From Candidatus Eiseniibacteriota bacterium (GTDB taxonomy: Bacteria > Eisenbacteria > RBG-16-71-46), in contig CAVUWA010000011.1 in assembly GCA_963744995.1 (NCBI GenBank), positions 224,001 through 288,000 on the forward strand: a stretch of DNA of 64,000 nucleotides, in the 5' to 3' direction. The position numbers and the translations under genes were made by a program. This document shows positions 9,899 to 19,471 of the stretch, in pieces (within the stretch, counting starts at the first letter, position 1; the number at the start of each line of letters is the position of its first letter). Below the pieces are notes generated by a model. The model made no database searches. It saw nothing but the letters and a program-made list of their open reading frames with translations, and was not told where the DNA came from.

Positions 9899-10585
9899 CT
9901 ACTGCACGACCCGCACGGCGGCGACGTGCGCCGAACAGAACCGGGTCAGGCGGTCGGCGATCTTCTCCAGCATCGTGCTGAGATCCGCGGCCGCGCGCTC
10001 GGGGGGGCAGAACACCGCCACCAGCAGGTGCCGCGTGCGCTCGGTGACCGACGTGCGCAGCGAATCGGACGTCGGTGCGCCGAACGGTCCGACGTCATCG
10101 GACAACATGAGACGACCGTCGAGATTCACGCGCTGCTTGCGAATGCCCGGATAGCCCTCTCCCTCGGTGCCGGTTCGCACGACGATCGTGCCGCGCACCT
10201 TTTCGCGATCGTAGAGCCCGAGTGGCAGCTGCTGTTCGAGCGAGCACAGATTGCACACGTCGACCGCGGCGTTGACCTCGGGCAGCCCCTTGCCCTGCAG
10301 CACGCGGCGCAGCAGCGCCTCGCTGCTCGGGCGCGTCTTGGTCGGGTCGATGTCGAGGCGGTGAAACAGCGCGCGGGTCTCGGCGACGCCGGGGATGTCC
10401 GCGGGATGCTTGCCGGCGAAGTGACTCATCAGCCGCTCCGTGACCTGCGTGCGTTCGGCGATGAACGCATCGGGGAGCGGCCCCAGCTCGACGTCCTCGG
10501 CCTCCAGCAGGCCGATCGCGAGCGTGCCGAGCAACGCCTCGTCCATCCTGAGACTCATGGCGTGCGTACGCGCCTGCAGGGACAC
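9899..10585 (-). CDS. B3/B4 domain tRNA-editing-like protein (PheRS beta-related)
   Basis: IDPTKTRPSSEALLRR, VNAAVDVCNLCS and PLGLYD motifs; GTG start with GGAGG SD (alternative ATG 10558). Confidence 0.88.
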   Translation of the reverse strand: MSLQARTHAMSLRMDEALLGTLAIGLLEAEDVELGPLPDAFIAERTQVTERLMSHFAGKHPADIPGVAETRALFHRLDIDPTKTRPSSEALLRRVLQGKGLPEVNAAVDVCNLCSLEQQLPLGLYDREKVRGTIVVRTGTEGEGYPGIRKQRVNLDGRLMLSDDVGPFGAPTSDSLRTSVTERTRHLLVAVFCPPERAAADLSTMLEKIADRLTRFCSAHVAAVRVVQ

Positions 10586-10637
10586 GCGGACCCTCCATGC
10601 GGGCCCACGGACGGATGTCGCGGGCAAAAGACGAGAA

Positions 10638-10970
10638 TGGGCGGCAGGAAGTCCCTTTCCGCCATCAACGCTGAGCCGACCACGAAGGGCCGGGCCGATG
10701 TTGCGGCCAAAGTCAGTTTTGGTGCCGCCCACTGAGCAGCGCCGGTGGTCGCGCGAACATGGGCGCGCCGCACCCGGAAGACCTTTCGCGCCGCGGACCG
10801 TACGCGCACGCGAAGGGTTGAACCGAACAACGTGGGCGGAAGATAACGGAAGCGACGCGATCCGCCAACCCAAAGATTGCGAGCGCGGCAAAAGTTTGTC
10901 GCGCTCGAACGGGGTTCGATCACACGGTGCTACCGGGATCGAGGAACTGCGGCGCGCGGCGCGCGCCGCG
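10638..10970 (+). ncRNA. candidate structured ncRNA antisense to flanking genes (unclassified)
   Basis: Nested and serial stems with A-rich loops; G-U pairs favour the + strand; ends at GC hairpin 10949-10969. Confidence 0.5.
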
Positions 10971-10975
10971 ACGGC

Positions 10976-13690
10976 TCACGAGGCGCTTTCGCGCTCCGTG
11001 GCGGGAAGCTTCCGCTCGACCGAAACGACGTGCCAGTTGCGCCGGTCGGCGCCTTCGCCGATCTCGACCTGCTCGCCGATCGACCGTCCCATCAGCGCGC
11101 GGCCGACGGGCGCCTGGAACGACACGACGTGATCGCCGAGATGGTGTTCCCCTTCGCCGAGCACCCAGTAGGTGAGCACGTCGCCTTCGCTCTCGAGCAC
11201 GACCTCGGTACCGAGGCCCACGATGCCGTCCTTGTGTTCGGTGTCTTCGACGAAGCGCGCCTTGCCGAGTCTGAGCTGCAGCGAGGCGACCATCTTGCTC
11301 ACGTTCGCCTGCTTCTGCTTCGCGGCGTGATATTCGGCGTTCTCCTTGAGGTCGCCGAGCTCGCGCGCCCGCTGGATCGTCGCCGGAATGGTGGTGCGCA
11401 ATTCCTGCTCCATCCGCTCGAGCTCCTGCTGCAGCTTCTCCCAGGTCGCGCGCGTCATCACCGGGATGTCCGCGTCCTCGGCCTGCTTGCCGACCCCCTC
11501 GAACAGCTTCTCGGAACTGGCGCGGCGCGCCGCGTGGATGCTCTCCACCGCGTCCCGGAGCCCGAGCCGGCCCACGCAGTCCAGGGCCGGGAGCAGGAAC
11601 CGGTCGCTCGAGCGCCACTGACGCAGCAGCACCCGGATGCGCAGATTCATGTCTTCGGGACAGTCGCGGCCCTTGAGCAGGCGCTCGAACGCCTCACCTT
11701 CGTCGAGCCACTTGAGCACCTTGTTCGCCAGCGACGGCTTCGGCCGGTCTTCGATCAGCGACAGGGCGGCCCACAGGAGGCGCCAGGGGTCGCCGGGGGG
11801 CGGCGTGGCCGTCAACTCCTCATCGAGCAGCCGGAGCGCCGCCACCGGATGACGCGTGGCGTGCGAGAGCAGCGTGTAGCGCAGGTCGGCGCGCCCGGCC
11901 GAGTCCATGGACTTCTGCATCTTCACCGACAGTTCGCGCACCGAGGAAAAGCGCGAGTTGAGGCCCGAGAGCACCGCGTCCGATTCGACGCCCACCGTGT
12001 GGGCGGACTCGAGCAGCGCGAGCTGTTCGTCTTCCGAGGTCAGATCGCCCACGCTCATCCCGTGTTCCCACAGCGAGCGCAGCACGCCGGACCACTCCTC
12101 GCGGCGTTCCGCGAACCACTTCGCGAAGTAGAGGCCCGCCCGGGCGCGGTCGGTGAGGTCGGCGTCCTCGTCGTACATCGTGCGTTCGACGAACTTGCCG
12201 AAGCGCCGCGACAGCGCCTTTTCGGCCTGCGGATGCTGCGATAGAAACTTGCGCAGGGTCATCAGGTTGGCTCGCGCCGACTTGCGTGGCTGGAGTGGCG
12301 GCAGCGCCACCTCGGAGGCCTCGCCCGGCCCGGCCTCGATTTCGTCCTCGGCCAGCAGCCGGTAGATCTGTTCGAACGCGCGTGAGTGATCGATGCGCGG
12401 GTGCTTCTCGGCGGCCGCCCTGGCCCTGCGCCAGAAGGCGGTCCATTCCTTGGGCGGCACCAGACCGGAGCCGACCATGAAGAGCTTGAGCCGCTTCGCG
12501 TCCGCCTCGCCGCCGATCGACATGAGCGTGCGCGCGACCACTTCGCCCGGATCCGCTTCGCGCATCTTCGCGAGCGCCTGCGGGTCGGTCACGAGCAGCA
12601 GCCTCAAGTCGTCCTCGTCGATCGTGGTCAGCGTGCGCTTGGCCGCATCGTAGGGCATCCGGTGTCCCTTGCGGCCGGCGAAGTCGAGGAACACCTCGAC
12701 GCCGTCATTGGATGCCACCCGGCCCGCACCGAACGAGGCGTGGTAGACGGGTCCGCCGGGAGGCAGCAGGGCGACGCGGTCGAACTGTTCGAGCGCTTCC
12801 ATCAGCGGCTTCTCCGGATCGTCGACACCGGCGGTGGCGAACACCGTGGTGAGGTCGGGCAGGTGGTTGAACGCGGCGCGCAGCGCCGCAGCGAGCGACT
12901 TGCGCAGCGGCAGCGCGGCGTCTTCGTCGTTCTTCTCGACGGCGATCCGGGCGGCCGTGCGGACCGAGTCCACGACTTCACCCCCGCGGCCGGCCTTGTC
13001 GAGCGGCGGGAACGCGATACCGAGCAGCTGCGCCGCCTCCTGGATCGCGCCCTGCTGGACGATGCGCGGGATGGCCTCCACGACCACCACCAGCCCGTCG
13101 AGGTAGAGGTGTTCGGAGAATTCGAGCGCCGCCTCCTCGATGCCGTTGTAACGGGCCTCCGCGGCGAACCGCGGCACCAGCGTGGTCAGCAGCGCGCGGC
13201 GCCGCTCGAGCTCGCCGATGTCGGCGAGCCGCAGCGCGAGCAGCAGCGCGACGTCGAGATCGTCGTCGAGGATCTCGGAAGCGCGCTCGATCGCCTCGAT
13301 GCGTTCGGGGTCCTTGCCCATCCCCTCGTGCGCGGCGATCAGCATGCGGGCCGCGGCCTGGGTGGTTTCGAGGTCGAGGGCCCGCTCGGCGACCGCGGCC
13401 AGCGGCTCCCACTGTTCGTCCTTCTGCAGGCGCTCGCCGAGCCGCAGCAGCGTCTGGTCGGCGCTCGCCACCTCCCCCTGCATCGCACTGACGGCCGCGA
13501 GCAGATAGCTCACGGCCGGCGAGGGATCGGGCTGGCGCAGACGTGCCGCGCATTCGTCGCGCACGAGGGAGAGCGCGTTCTCTTCGAGCGCCTGGTGGGC
13601 GATGGCTTCGAGCCGGGCGCGCGACTCGGGACTCAAGTCCGCGGCTTCGTCGCCGCGGAGAATGGCTGGAAGGTCGTCTCGGGTGGTCAT
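10976..13690 (-). CDS. greA: long-form GreA/GreB transcription elongation factor (large N-terminal extension)
   Basis: C-terminal ARELGDLKENAEYHAAK coiled-coil tip and VSFQAPVGRALMG motif. Confidence 0.85.
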   Translation of the reverse strand: MTTRDDLPAILRGDEAADLSPESRARLEAIAHQALEENALSLVRDECAARLRQPDPSPAVSYLLAAVSAMQGEVASADQTLLRLGERLQKDEQWEPLAAVAERALDLETTQAAARMLIAAHEGMGKDPERIEAIERASEILDDDLDVALLLALRLADIGELERRRALLTTLVPRFAAEARYNGIEEAALEFSEHLYLDGLVVVVEAIPRIVQQGAIQEAAQLLGIAFPPLDKAGRGGEVVDSVRTAARIAVEKNDEDAALPLRKSLAAALRAAFNHLPDLTTVFATAGVDDPEKPLMEALEQFDRVALLPPGGPVYHASFGAGRVASNDGVEVFLDFAGRKGHRMPYDAAKRTLTTIDEDDLRLLLVTDPQALAKMREADPGEVVARTLMSIGGEADAKRLKLFMVGSGLVPPKEWTAFWRRARAAAEKHPRIDHSRAFEQIYRLLAEDEIEAGPGEASEVALPPLQPRKSARANLMTLRKFLSQHPQAEKALSRRFGKFVERTMYDEDADLTDRARAGLYFAKWFAERREEWSGVLRSLWEHGMSVGDLTSEDEQLALLESAHTVGVESDAVLSGLNSRFSSVRELSVKMQKSMDSAGRADLRYTLLSHATRHPVAALRLLDEELTATPPPGDPWRLLWAALSLIEDRPKPSLANKVLKWLDEGEAFERLLKGRDCPEDMNLRIRVLLRQWRSSDRFLLPALDCVGRLGLRDAVESIHAARRASSEKLFEGVGKQAEDADIPVMTRATWEKLQQELERMEQELRTTIPATIQRARELGDLKENAEYHAAKQKQANVSKMVASLQLRLGKARFVEDTEHKDGIVGLGTEVVLESEGDVLTYWVLGEGEHHLGDHVVSFQAPVGRALMGRSIGEQVEIGEGADRRNWHVVSVERKLPATERESAS

Positions 13691-13881
13691 CCGGTCCAGT
13701 GCACTGAGAGGTCGCGTGAGACAGGGTCAAGGACTATGCGGCACGAGCCGCCGGCGCGCAAGTCGGGCGGTGCCCGGGGGCCTCTGGGCAGACCCCGTCC
13801 ACCCGCGCGCGCGGCGCCCGCGCGCCCGGGGGCCGGCGCCCCCCTTGTCCGTGCCTCCACCGCCCGCCTATGCTCGGACCC

Positions 13882-14433
13882 ATGAAGATCTACACCCGCA
13901 CCGGAGACGACGGCCGCACCGGCGTGCTCGGCCCCGGGCGCGTCCTCAAGTCGGACCCGCGGGTCGAGGCGTACGGCGCGGTGGACGAGCTCAACGCCGC
14001 GCTCGGCGTGGTGGGCGCCCACGACGCCGAGGGCTGGCTCACGGCGGAGCTCGAGACCTTGCAGTCGCTCCTGCTGCACGCGGGGGCCGAGCTCGCCACC
14101 ACCGAGCGTGGAGCCCTCGAGAAGCTCGACCTCGTGAGCGACGCGGACGTCGCGGCGCTGGAGTCGTGGATCGACCGCTTCGAAGCCGAGCTGGAGCCGC
14201 TCCGGCACTTCCTGCTGCCGGGCGGCACGCCGCTGGCCGCACACCTGCACGTGGCGCGCACGGTGTGCCGGCGCGCCGAGCGGCGCGTCGTCGCGCTGGC
14301 GGAAGCGGGCGGCGCCGACGCGCGCCTGATCCGTTTCCTGAACCGCGTCGCCGATCTGCTGTTCGTGCTCGCACGCTGGTGCAACCGGCGCGCGGGGGTT
14401 TCCGATTCAGCGTGGCACGGTCGCGGCCGATAA
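13882..14433 (+). CDS. cob(I)alamin adenosyltransferase, PduO type
   Basis: MKIYTRTGDDG, AYGAVDELN, ARTVCRRAER and LNRVADLLF motifs. Confidence 0.92.
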   Translation: MKIYTRTGDDGRTGVLGPGRVLKSDPRVEAYGAVDELNAALGVVGAHDAEGWLTAELETLQSLLLHAGAELATTERGALEKLDLVSDADVAALESWIDRFEAELEPLRHFLLPGGTPLAAHLHVARTVCRRAERRVVALAEAGGADARLIRFLNRVADLLFVLARWCNRRAGVSDSAWHGRGR

Positions 14434-14438
14434 TGTCC

Positions 14439-14958
14439 GCAACGGGACCGCGCCGCGCACGTCACGGAATCGTGAACGAAGGGACTGGACAAGCAGCGCG
14501 ATGATCTGGATAATGGTCGCGCACACCTTCGAGAGGCGGTGTCGCACCGGCTGGCGCGAAACAGCCGCCGAGTGCCCGCCTCGCTGGTGAACCCGCCCTT
14601 CTCGCCGCCCCGATCGCATCGTGCGTCAGCGCACGCGATCAGGTGAGCACGAGCGAAAGAGTGCGCGCCTCGTCAAGACGCGTAGTCGCGTCGCGGCCAC
14701 GGATGGGCGGTGGTCGAAGCTCGAAGCTCATGCGCCGGTGGTTCGGCGCACGTGAAGGAGCGCTGAGGATCCGCGTCGCGCGACCTGGAGGATCGGCTGA
14801 GGGCCGTCCTCGGTGAAGCGGCCCGGGCGACCGAAACGCCGGCCGGAATCGGCCGAGCGCCGCAACTCAGAGGGCTGAATCCGATTTCAGGGCGATTCGA
14901 ACGTCAGCTGATCCGTCCAGCGACCCCGTTGTACGCATGCCGGTCCATTGTCCGGCAT
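14439..14958 (+). ncRNA. large (~500 nt) multi-branched structured RNA upstream of atypical rho (unclassified)
   Basis: 5'/3' closing stems 14439-46/14925-32 and 14485-90/14915-20; more than 12 internal helices; G-U pairs on + strand; no ORF. Confidence 0.65.
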
Positions 14959-14987
14959 CCTCCATCCAAGGAGCCAAAGGAAATCCC

Positions 14988-16208
14988 ATGAGACCACGCC
15001 GTCGCCGCCCCCGCGGACCTCGTCCCGAACAACCGGGCGGCGCCACCGAATCCGGCGCCCCGCAGAGCGAGTCGCCGTCGCAGCCGTCGTCCTCCTCCTC
15101 GGCGACCGGCGCACCCCGCCGCCGCCGCCGCCGTTCCCGGGCCGGCAACCGCCCGATGAACAACAGTGCCCCCTCCCCCTACGCCGGAACCGGACCGTCG
15201 TCGAACGGCTCGCAAACCCGTGGCGGAGGTGGAGGCGGCAACCGGCAGCGCCGCCGGCGCAGCCGCAGCGGCGGAGGCGGTGGGCGCGAAGGCGCGCCGA
15301 AGCGCCGCGGCCTCGAGATCCTCAAGGACCTCCAGCAGGCCGGCTCGGCGCTCGATCCCGACGAACGCCTGATCCTCGAGCTGCCGCCGGGCGAGGGCAA
15401 TCCGCCCTACGGCGACTACCTCACCGGGCGTGCGATCGACCTGATCGCACCCATCGGCCGCGGCCAGCGCTGCCTGATCGTCTCGCCGCCCAAGGCCGGC
15501 AAGACGCGCATCCTCCAGTGCATCGCTTCCGCGGTCGCGCACAACCACCCGGATGTCGACATTTTCGCGCTGCTCGTGGACGAGCGGCCCGAGGAGGTCA
15601 CCGACTTCAGGCGCAACACCCCCGCCGAGGTGATCGCGGCGTCCAGCGACCAGAGCGTGAAGGAGCACATCGAGACCGCCGAGCGGGCGATGGAGATCGT
15701 CGCGGCCAGGGTCCTCGAGGGCAAGGATGTGCTGCTGGTGCTCGACTCGATCACCCGTCTCGCCCGCGCCTACAACGCCGGCGCCGGCGGCAGCGGCCGC
15801 ACCATGTCGGGCGGCCTCGACTCCAACGCGATGCAGTCTCCGCGCCAGATCTTCGGCGCCGCGCGCAAGATCGAGGACGGCGGGTCCCTCACGATCGTCG
15901 GCACGGCGCTGGTCGACACGGGCTCGCGCATGGACCAGGTGATCTTCGAGGAGTTCAAGGGTACCGGCAACAGCGAGATCTTCCTCTCGCGCGACCTGTC
16001 CGAGCGCCGTATCTTCCCGGCGATCGACATCCCGAAGAGCGGCACCCGCAAGGAGGAGAAGCTCTATCCGCCGGACATCGTGCCGCGCTTCCACATGCTG
16101 CGTCGCGCGCTGGCGGGTCTGCATCCGCAGGAGTCGATGACCAAGCTGCTCGAGCTGATGAACCGCACCAAGACCAACGAGCAGATCTTCCAGCTGCTGA
16201 AGGCATAG
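14988..16208 (+). CDS. rho: Rho-like RNA translocase, short form lacking the OB-fold RNA-binding domain, with Arg-rich N-terminus
   Basis: [44 protein letters not shown] and SGTRKEE present; GFGFLR and D(I/V)YVS OB motifs absent. Confidence 0.88.
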   Translation: MRPRRRRPRGPRPEQPGGATESGAPQSESPSQPSSSSSATGAPRRRRRRSRAGNRPMNNSAPSPYAGTGPSSNGSQTRGGGGGGNRQRRRRSRSGGGGGREGAPKRRGLEILKDLQQAGSALDPDERLILELPPGEGNPPYGDYLTGRAIDLIAPIGRGQRCLIVSPPKAGKTRILQCIASAVAHNHPDVDIFALLVDERPEEVTDFRRNTPAEVIAASSDQSVKEHIETAERAMEIVAARVLEGKDVLLVLDSITRLARAYNAGAGGSGRTMSGGLDSNAMQSPRQIFGAARKIEDGGSLTIVGTALVDTGSRMDQVIFEEFKGTGNSEIFLSRDLSERRIFPAIDIPKSGTRKEEKLYPPDIVPRFHMLRRALAGLHPQESMTKLLELMNRTKTNEQIFQLLKA

Positions 16209-16379
16209 GCGGCGAAGCCGGCGCCGGTCGCCGCGATTCCGGCGCCGAGCACGGCCGCCGCGCCGTGCGAGCTCCCTTCCGGGGGGAACGTTTCGGCGCG
16301 GCCATCCTGACCTCGCCTCGTTTGCCGCGGCCGCGCCCGCACGGCGCGGCGGCCATGTGCGGACGAAGGAGGAGCTGTC

Positions 16380-16580
16380 ATGAGCAAACGTCTCTATCGC
16401 TCACGCAGGGACCGCAAGATCGCGGGCGTCTGCGGCGGGCTGGCCGAGTACTTCGACATCGATCCGACGCTGGTCCGGATCCTGTGGGCCGTGCTGGTGC
16501 TCGGCGCCGGCACCGGCATCCTCGCCTACATCCTGTTCTGGATCATCGTGCCGGAGGCGCCGGAAACGGGAACGGCGTAG
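16380..16580 (+). CDS. pspC: PspC domain protein
   Basis: KRLYRSRRDRKIAGVCGGLAEYFDIDPTLVR; SD AGGAGG. Confidence 0.92.
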   Translation: MSKRLYRSRRDRKIAGVCGGLAEYFDIDPTLVRILWAVLVLGAGTGILAYILFWIIVPEAPETGTA

Positions 16581-16692
16581 ACCGCACCCGGCCGCCCGGC
16601 GCCGTGGGCGCGCGGGTCGGCTGCGGAAACGTCATGCGCCCTGCCACGCAGGAGGCCGGCGGGCCCGTTCGACCCCCACGGCGCCCCGCCAC

Positions 16693-19425
16693 CTACCCGT
16701 CCACCCACTGCTTCGCATCCAGCGCCCGCGCGATCCGCGCCCGCGTCTCGATGAGGTGCGCGCGGGTGTAGTCGCCGAGTCCGGCGATACCGAGCGCGCG
16801 GCGGGCGCGGTCGTCGATGCGGGTCAACTCGAGCCGCGCCTGCGCGCGCGCGTCGTCCGGCGTCACTCCCGGCGCGTCGATCATCACGAGCGCAAGCACG
16901 TCCACGTACAGGCGCTGCAGCTCACGCCTTCCCGACGGCCCCTCGAGCCTGCGGAACGCGGCGTCGTTCGAGCCGTCGACCTCGCCCCAGATCGCGTCCG
17001 TCAGGCGGCGGAAGTGCTCCTTCAGCGTATACGGCTCGCGCGTACGGTTCTCCGCTTCGTGCAGCCGCGCGAGCAGGTTGTCGTCGAGCAGCCCGCTCAG
17101 CATCGCGCCCTGGATCGCGAGGATCCGGCCCGAGAGGTCGTAGTCCACGCGTGCGGCGGGCGCGAATTCGGGCGGCAGGCCCCAGTGGGCCCAGCGGTCG
17201 GGCGCGAGGCGGTGGAGCATCGCCTCCGGCACGTCGAACGTCGCCGGCGCGAACACGCTCCTGGCAAGGAACGCCATAGCCTCCCGCTGCTTCGCCGCCG
17301 GAACCGGCGTGAGCGGCGCCTTTGCGCCCGGCTGGCCGCGCCAGTCGCGCTGCTGGTACTGCCCGCCGACGTAGCGGACGGCGTACATGCAGGTGCGGCC
17401 GTAGAGGGCGAACAGCGTGTCCATCGCGCGCGTCAGCACCGGGAACGCGCCGTCTTCGCCGATGATGCGGTTCTCGAACCCCGGGTTCTCCCAGAGGCTT
17501 CTCACGTAGCCGGCGCGCTCCTCGGCCCAGCGCAGCGGGTCGTCGCTCAGATCCCAGCGCTCGGTGCGCGGATCGAGCGCATTCGGCGCGGAGGCGTCGG
17601 CGTCGGTGCCGTACTCGTGGCCGGGCTCGGTGGATTCGTCGGCGATCTCCCGCGCGAACTTCCGGTCGGCGACGATGTCCGTCCAGCCGGCCGTGGCGTA
17701 ACCGAAGCGGATCGCCCAGAGGTCGTACGTGCCGGGCGAGCTGATGAAATACTCGCCCTGCTTCGAGCGGTCGGGGCTGACGTTCGGCGTGACGTAGTCC
17801 ATCACCGAGCCCATCAGACCGTGCGCGCTGGTCCATGCCACGTCATTCAGCCGGTCGAACGGCGTGGCGGTGCTGGCGCGGAAGTTGTGCCTGAGGCCCA
17901 GGGTGTGGCCGACCTCGTGCATGACCAGCCGGATCACGAACGGCTTCATGTATTCGTCCGGCACCGGGCTCCCGGGCGGCATCGCTCCGCCCGCGAGCAG
18001 CGCGGCCCGCATGAGCCCGCCGTCGAGCTCGGCGTTCGCCTGGTCCTCGCACAAGCGCTGCAGATCCACGCCCGCCGGCAACCCGGAGGGCGGGGCGTCG
18101 AGGATGTCGGCCGCGAGGTCCGTCGGTCCCGCGTACTTGCGCCACGACGTGCGATATCCCTGCATCGCCGCGGCTTCGATCAGCACGTCGGCGTCGAGGA
18201 TCTCGCCGGTGCGCGGATCCACGCGCGACGGTCCGATCGCGTTGAACGAACGGCCGGCGGAGGTGATCCAGCGGATCGTGCTGTGGCGCACGTCCTCGGC
18301 GTCCCAGTCGGGGTCCTCCTCTGCGGTCGGTGCATCCTTCGCGATGATCGCATTCTTGAATCCCGCGGCCTCGAATGCCTTCTGCCACTGCTCGACGCCG
18401 GCTCTGACCCACGGCCGGTATTCTTCGGGCACGGTGCGGTCGATGTAGTAGATGATCGGCTTCACCGGCTCCGACAGGGCCGCGGCCGGATCCTTCTTCT
18501 CGAGACGCCAGCGGTTGATGTAGCGGACGAAGAAGTTCTCCTGATCGTCGCGGGAGAAGTCCTTGGTCACGCTGAGGAAGTAGCCCACGCGGTCGTCGGC
18601 GAGGCGCGGGGCCATGGGCTTCTCCGGCAGCTCGACGAACGAGTAGTGGACGCCGATCGACGTGTAGCGGAGATCCGGCACCGAGAGGATCGCCGGGTTC
18701 GGCCGACCCCCGGGCGCGTAGGTGAGCAGCGCCTCGACCTCGGTGTTCTTCGGGAAGTTCTTCACGCTCTCGAGCGCGGAACGACTCCTCTCGAAGCGCG
18801 CCGGCTGCGGGTTCGGCCCGCCGCCGCGGGCGAGCCCCGCCGCGCGCCGGCCGAGGTCGCTCACGTCGCTCAGGAACACGCCGGTCATGTCGACGAGCAG
18901 GGCGGCGCCGGAGTCACGCTCGCTGATGATCTTCAGACTCGCCAGCACCGAGTGGCCGACCGAGAGATTCATCGCCTTCTCGTAGGCCGATCCCTGCGGT
19001 GCTTTGAACCGCTCGTTGCGGTCGATCAGCATCAACCGGTCGCCGTGTTTCTCGAAACGCAGCAGCCGGTCGCTCAGAGGCAGCCCGCCCAGGACGAACG
19101 CGGTGCCGATCCCCTGCGACAGGGTGAAGGCGCCGAGGAAGTCGCGATCGAGCTGCTCCTCGCGGATCTCGAACAGGACGCCGTCCGGCTTGCGGTACAC
19201 CGTGAAGAAGCCGTCGAGCTTCTTCGCCTCCCGGATCGCCTCGTCCCACTTCTTCGCGCCGGCCGGGCCGCCGGGCTGCGCGCCGGCGCCCGCCTTCGCG
19301 CCGCGACCCGCGGCGCCCGGGGGCGGCACCATGCCGGCGCAGCCTGCGAGCAGCGCGAGGGCGGCGGCCGCGGCGAGCGCCGCGGTGGCGCGGGTTCGAT
19401 ACGGCGTGGATCCGGCAGCGGGCAT
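16693..19425 (-). CDS. zinc-dependent metalloprotease lipoprotein (DUF5117/EcxA-like met-zincin), paralog 2
   Basis: Lipobox LLAGC; DDRVGYF; HEVGHTLGLRHNF; SVMDY Met-turn. Confidence 0.9.
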   Translation of the reverse strand: MPAAGSTPYRTRATAALAAAAALALLAGCAGMVPPPGAAGRGAKAGAGAQPGGPAGAKKWDEAIREAKKLDGFFTVYRKPDGVLFEIREEQLDRDFLGAFTLSQGIGTAFVLGGLPLSDRLLRFEKHGDRLMLIDRNERFKAPQGSAYEKAMNLSVGHSVLASLKIISERDSGAALLVDMTGVFLSDVSDLGRRAAGLARGGGPNPQPARFERSRSALESVKNFPKNTEVEALLTYAPGGRPNPAILSVPDLRYTSIGVHYSFVELPEKPMAPRLADDRVGYFLSVTKDFSRDDQENFFVRYINRWRLEKKDPAAALSEPVKPIIYYIDRTVPEEYRPWVRAGVEQWQKAFEAAGFKNAIIAKDAPTAEEDPDWDAEDVRHSTIRWITSAGRSFNAIGPSRVDPRTGEILDADVLIEAAAMQGYRTSWRKYAGPTDLAADILDAPPSGLPAGVDLQRLCEDQANAELDGGLMRAALLAGGAMPPGSPVPDEYMKPFVIRLVMHEVGHTLGLRHNFRASTATPFDRLNDVAWTSAHGLMGSVMDYVTPNVSPDRSKQGEYFISSPGTYDLWAIRFGYATAGWTDIVADRKFAREIADESTEPGHEYGTDADASAPNALDPRTERWDLSDDPLRWAEERAGYVRSLWENPGFENRIIGEDGAFPVLTRAMDTLFALYGRTCMYAVRYVGGQYQQRDWRGQPGAKAPLTPVPAAKQREAMAFLARSVFAPATFDVPEAMLHRLAPDRWAHWGLPPEFAPAARVDYDLSGRILAIQGAMLSGLLDDNLLARLHEAENRTREPYTLKEHFRRLTDAIWGEVDGSNDAAFRRLEGPSGRRELQRLYVDVLALVMIDAPGVTPDDARAQARLELTRIDDRARRALGIAGLGDYTRAHLIETRARIARALDAKQWVDG

Positions 19426-19471
19426 GTCGTGTGTCCTCCGTCGCGCGCCCGGACGCGCGCGCGGCCCTGCT

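Noticed and set aside
10586..10975. T-box, lysine or guanidine riboswitch upstream of the B3/4 gene
   Set aside because: No T-box GGTGGNACC, no paired ACGR loops and no ykkC consensus on the minus strand
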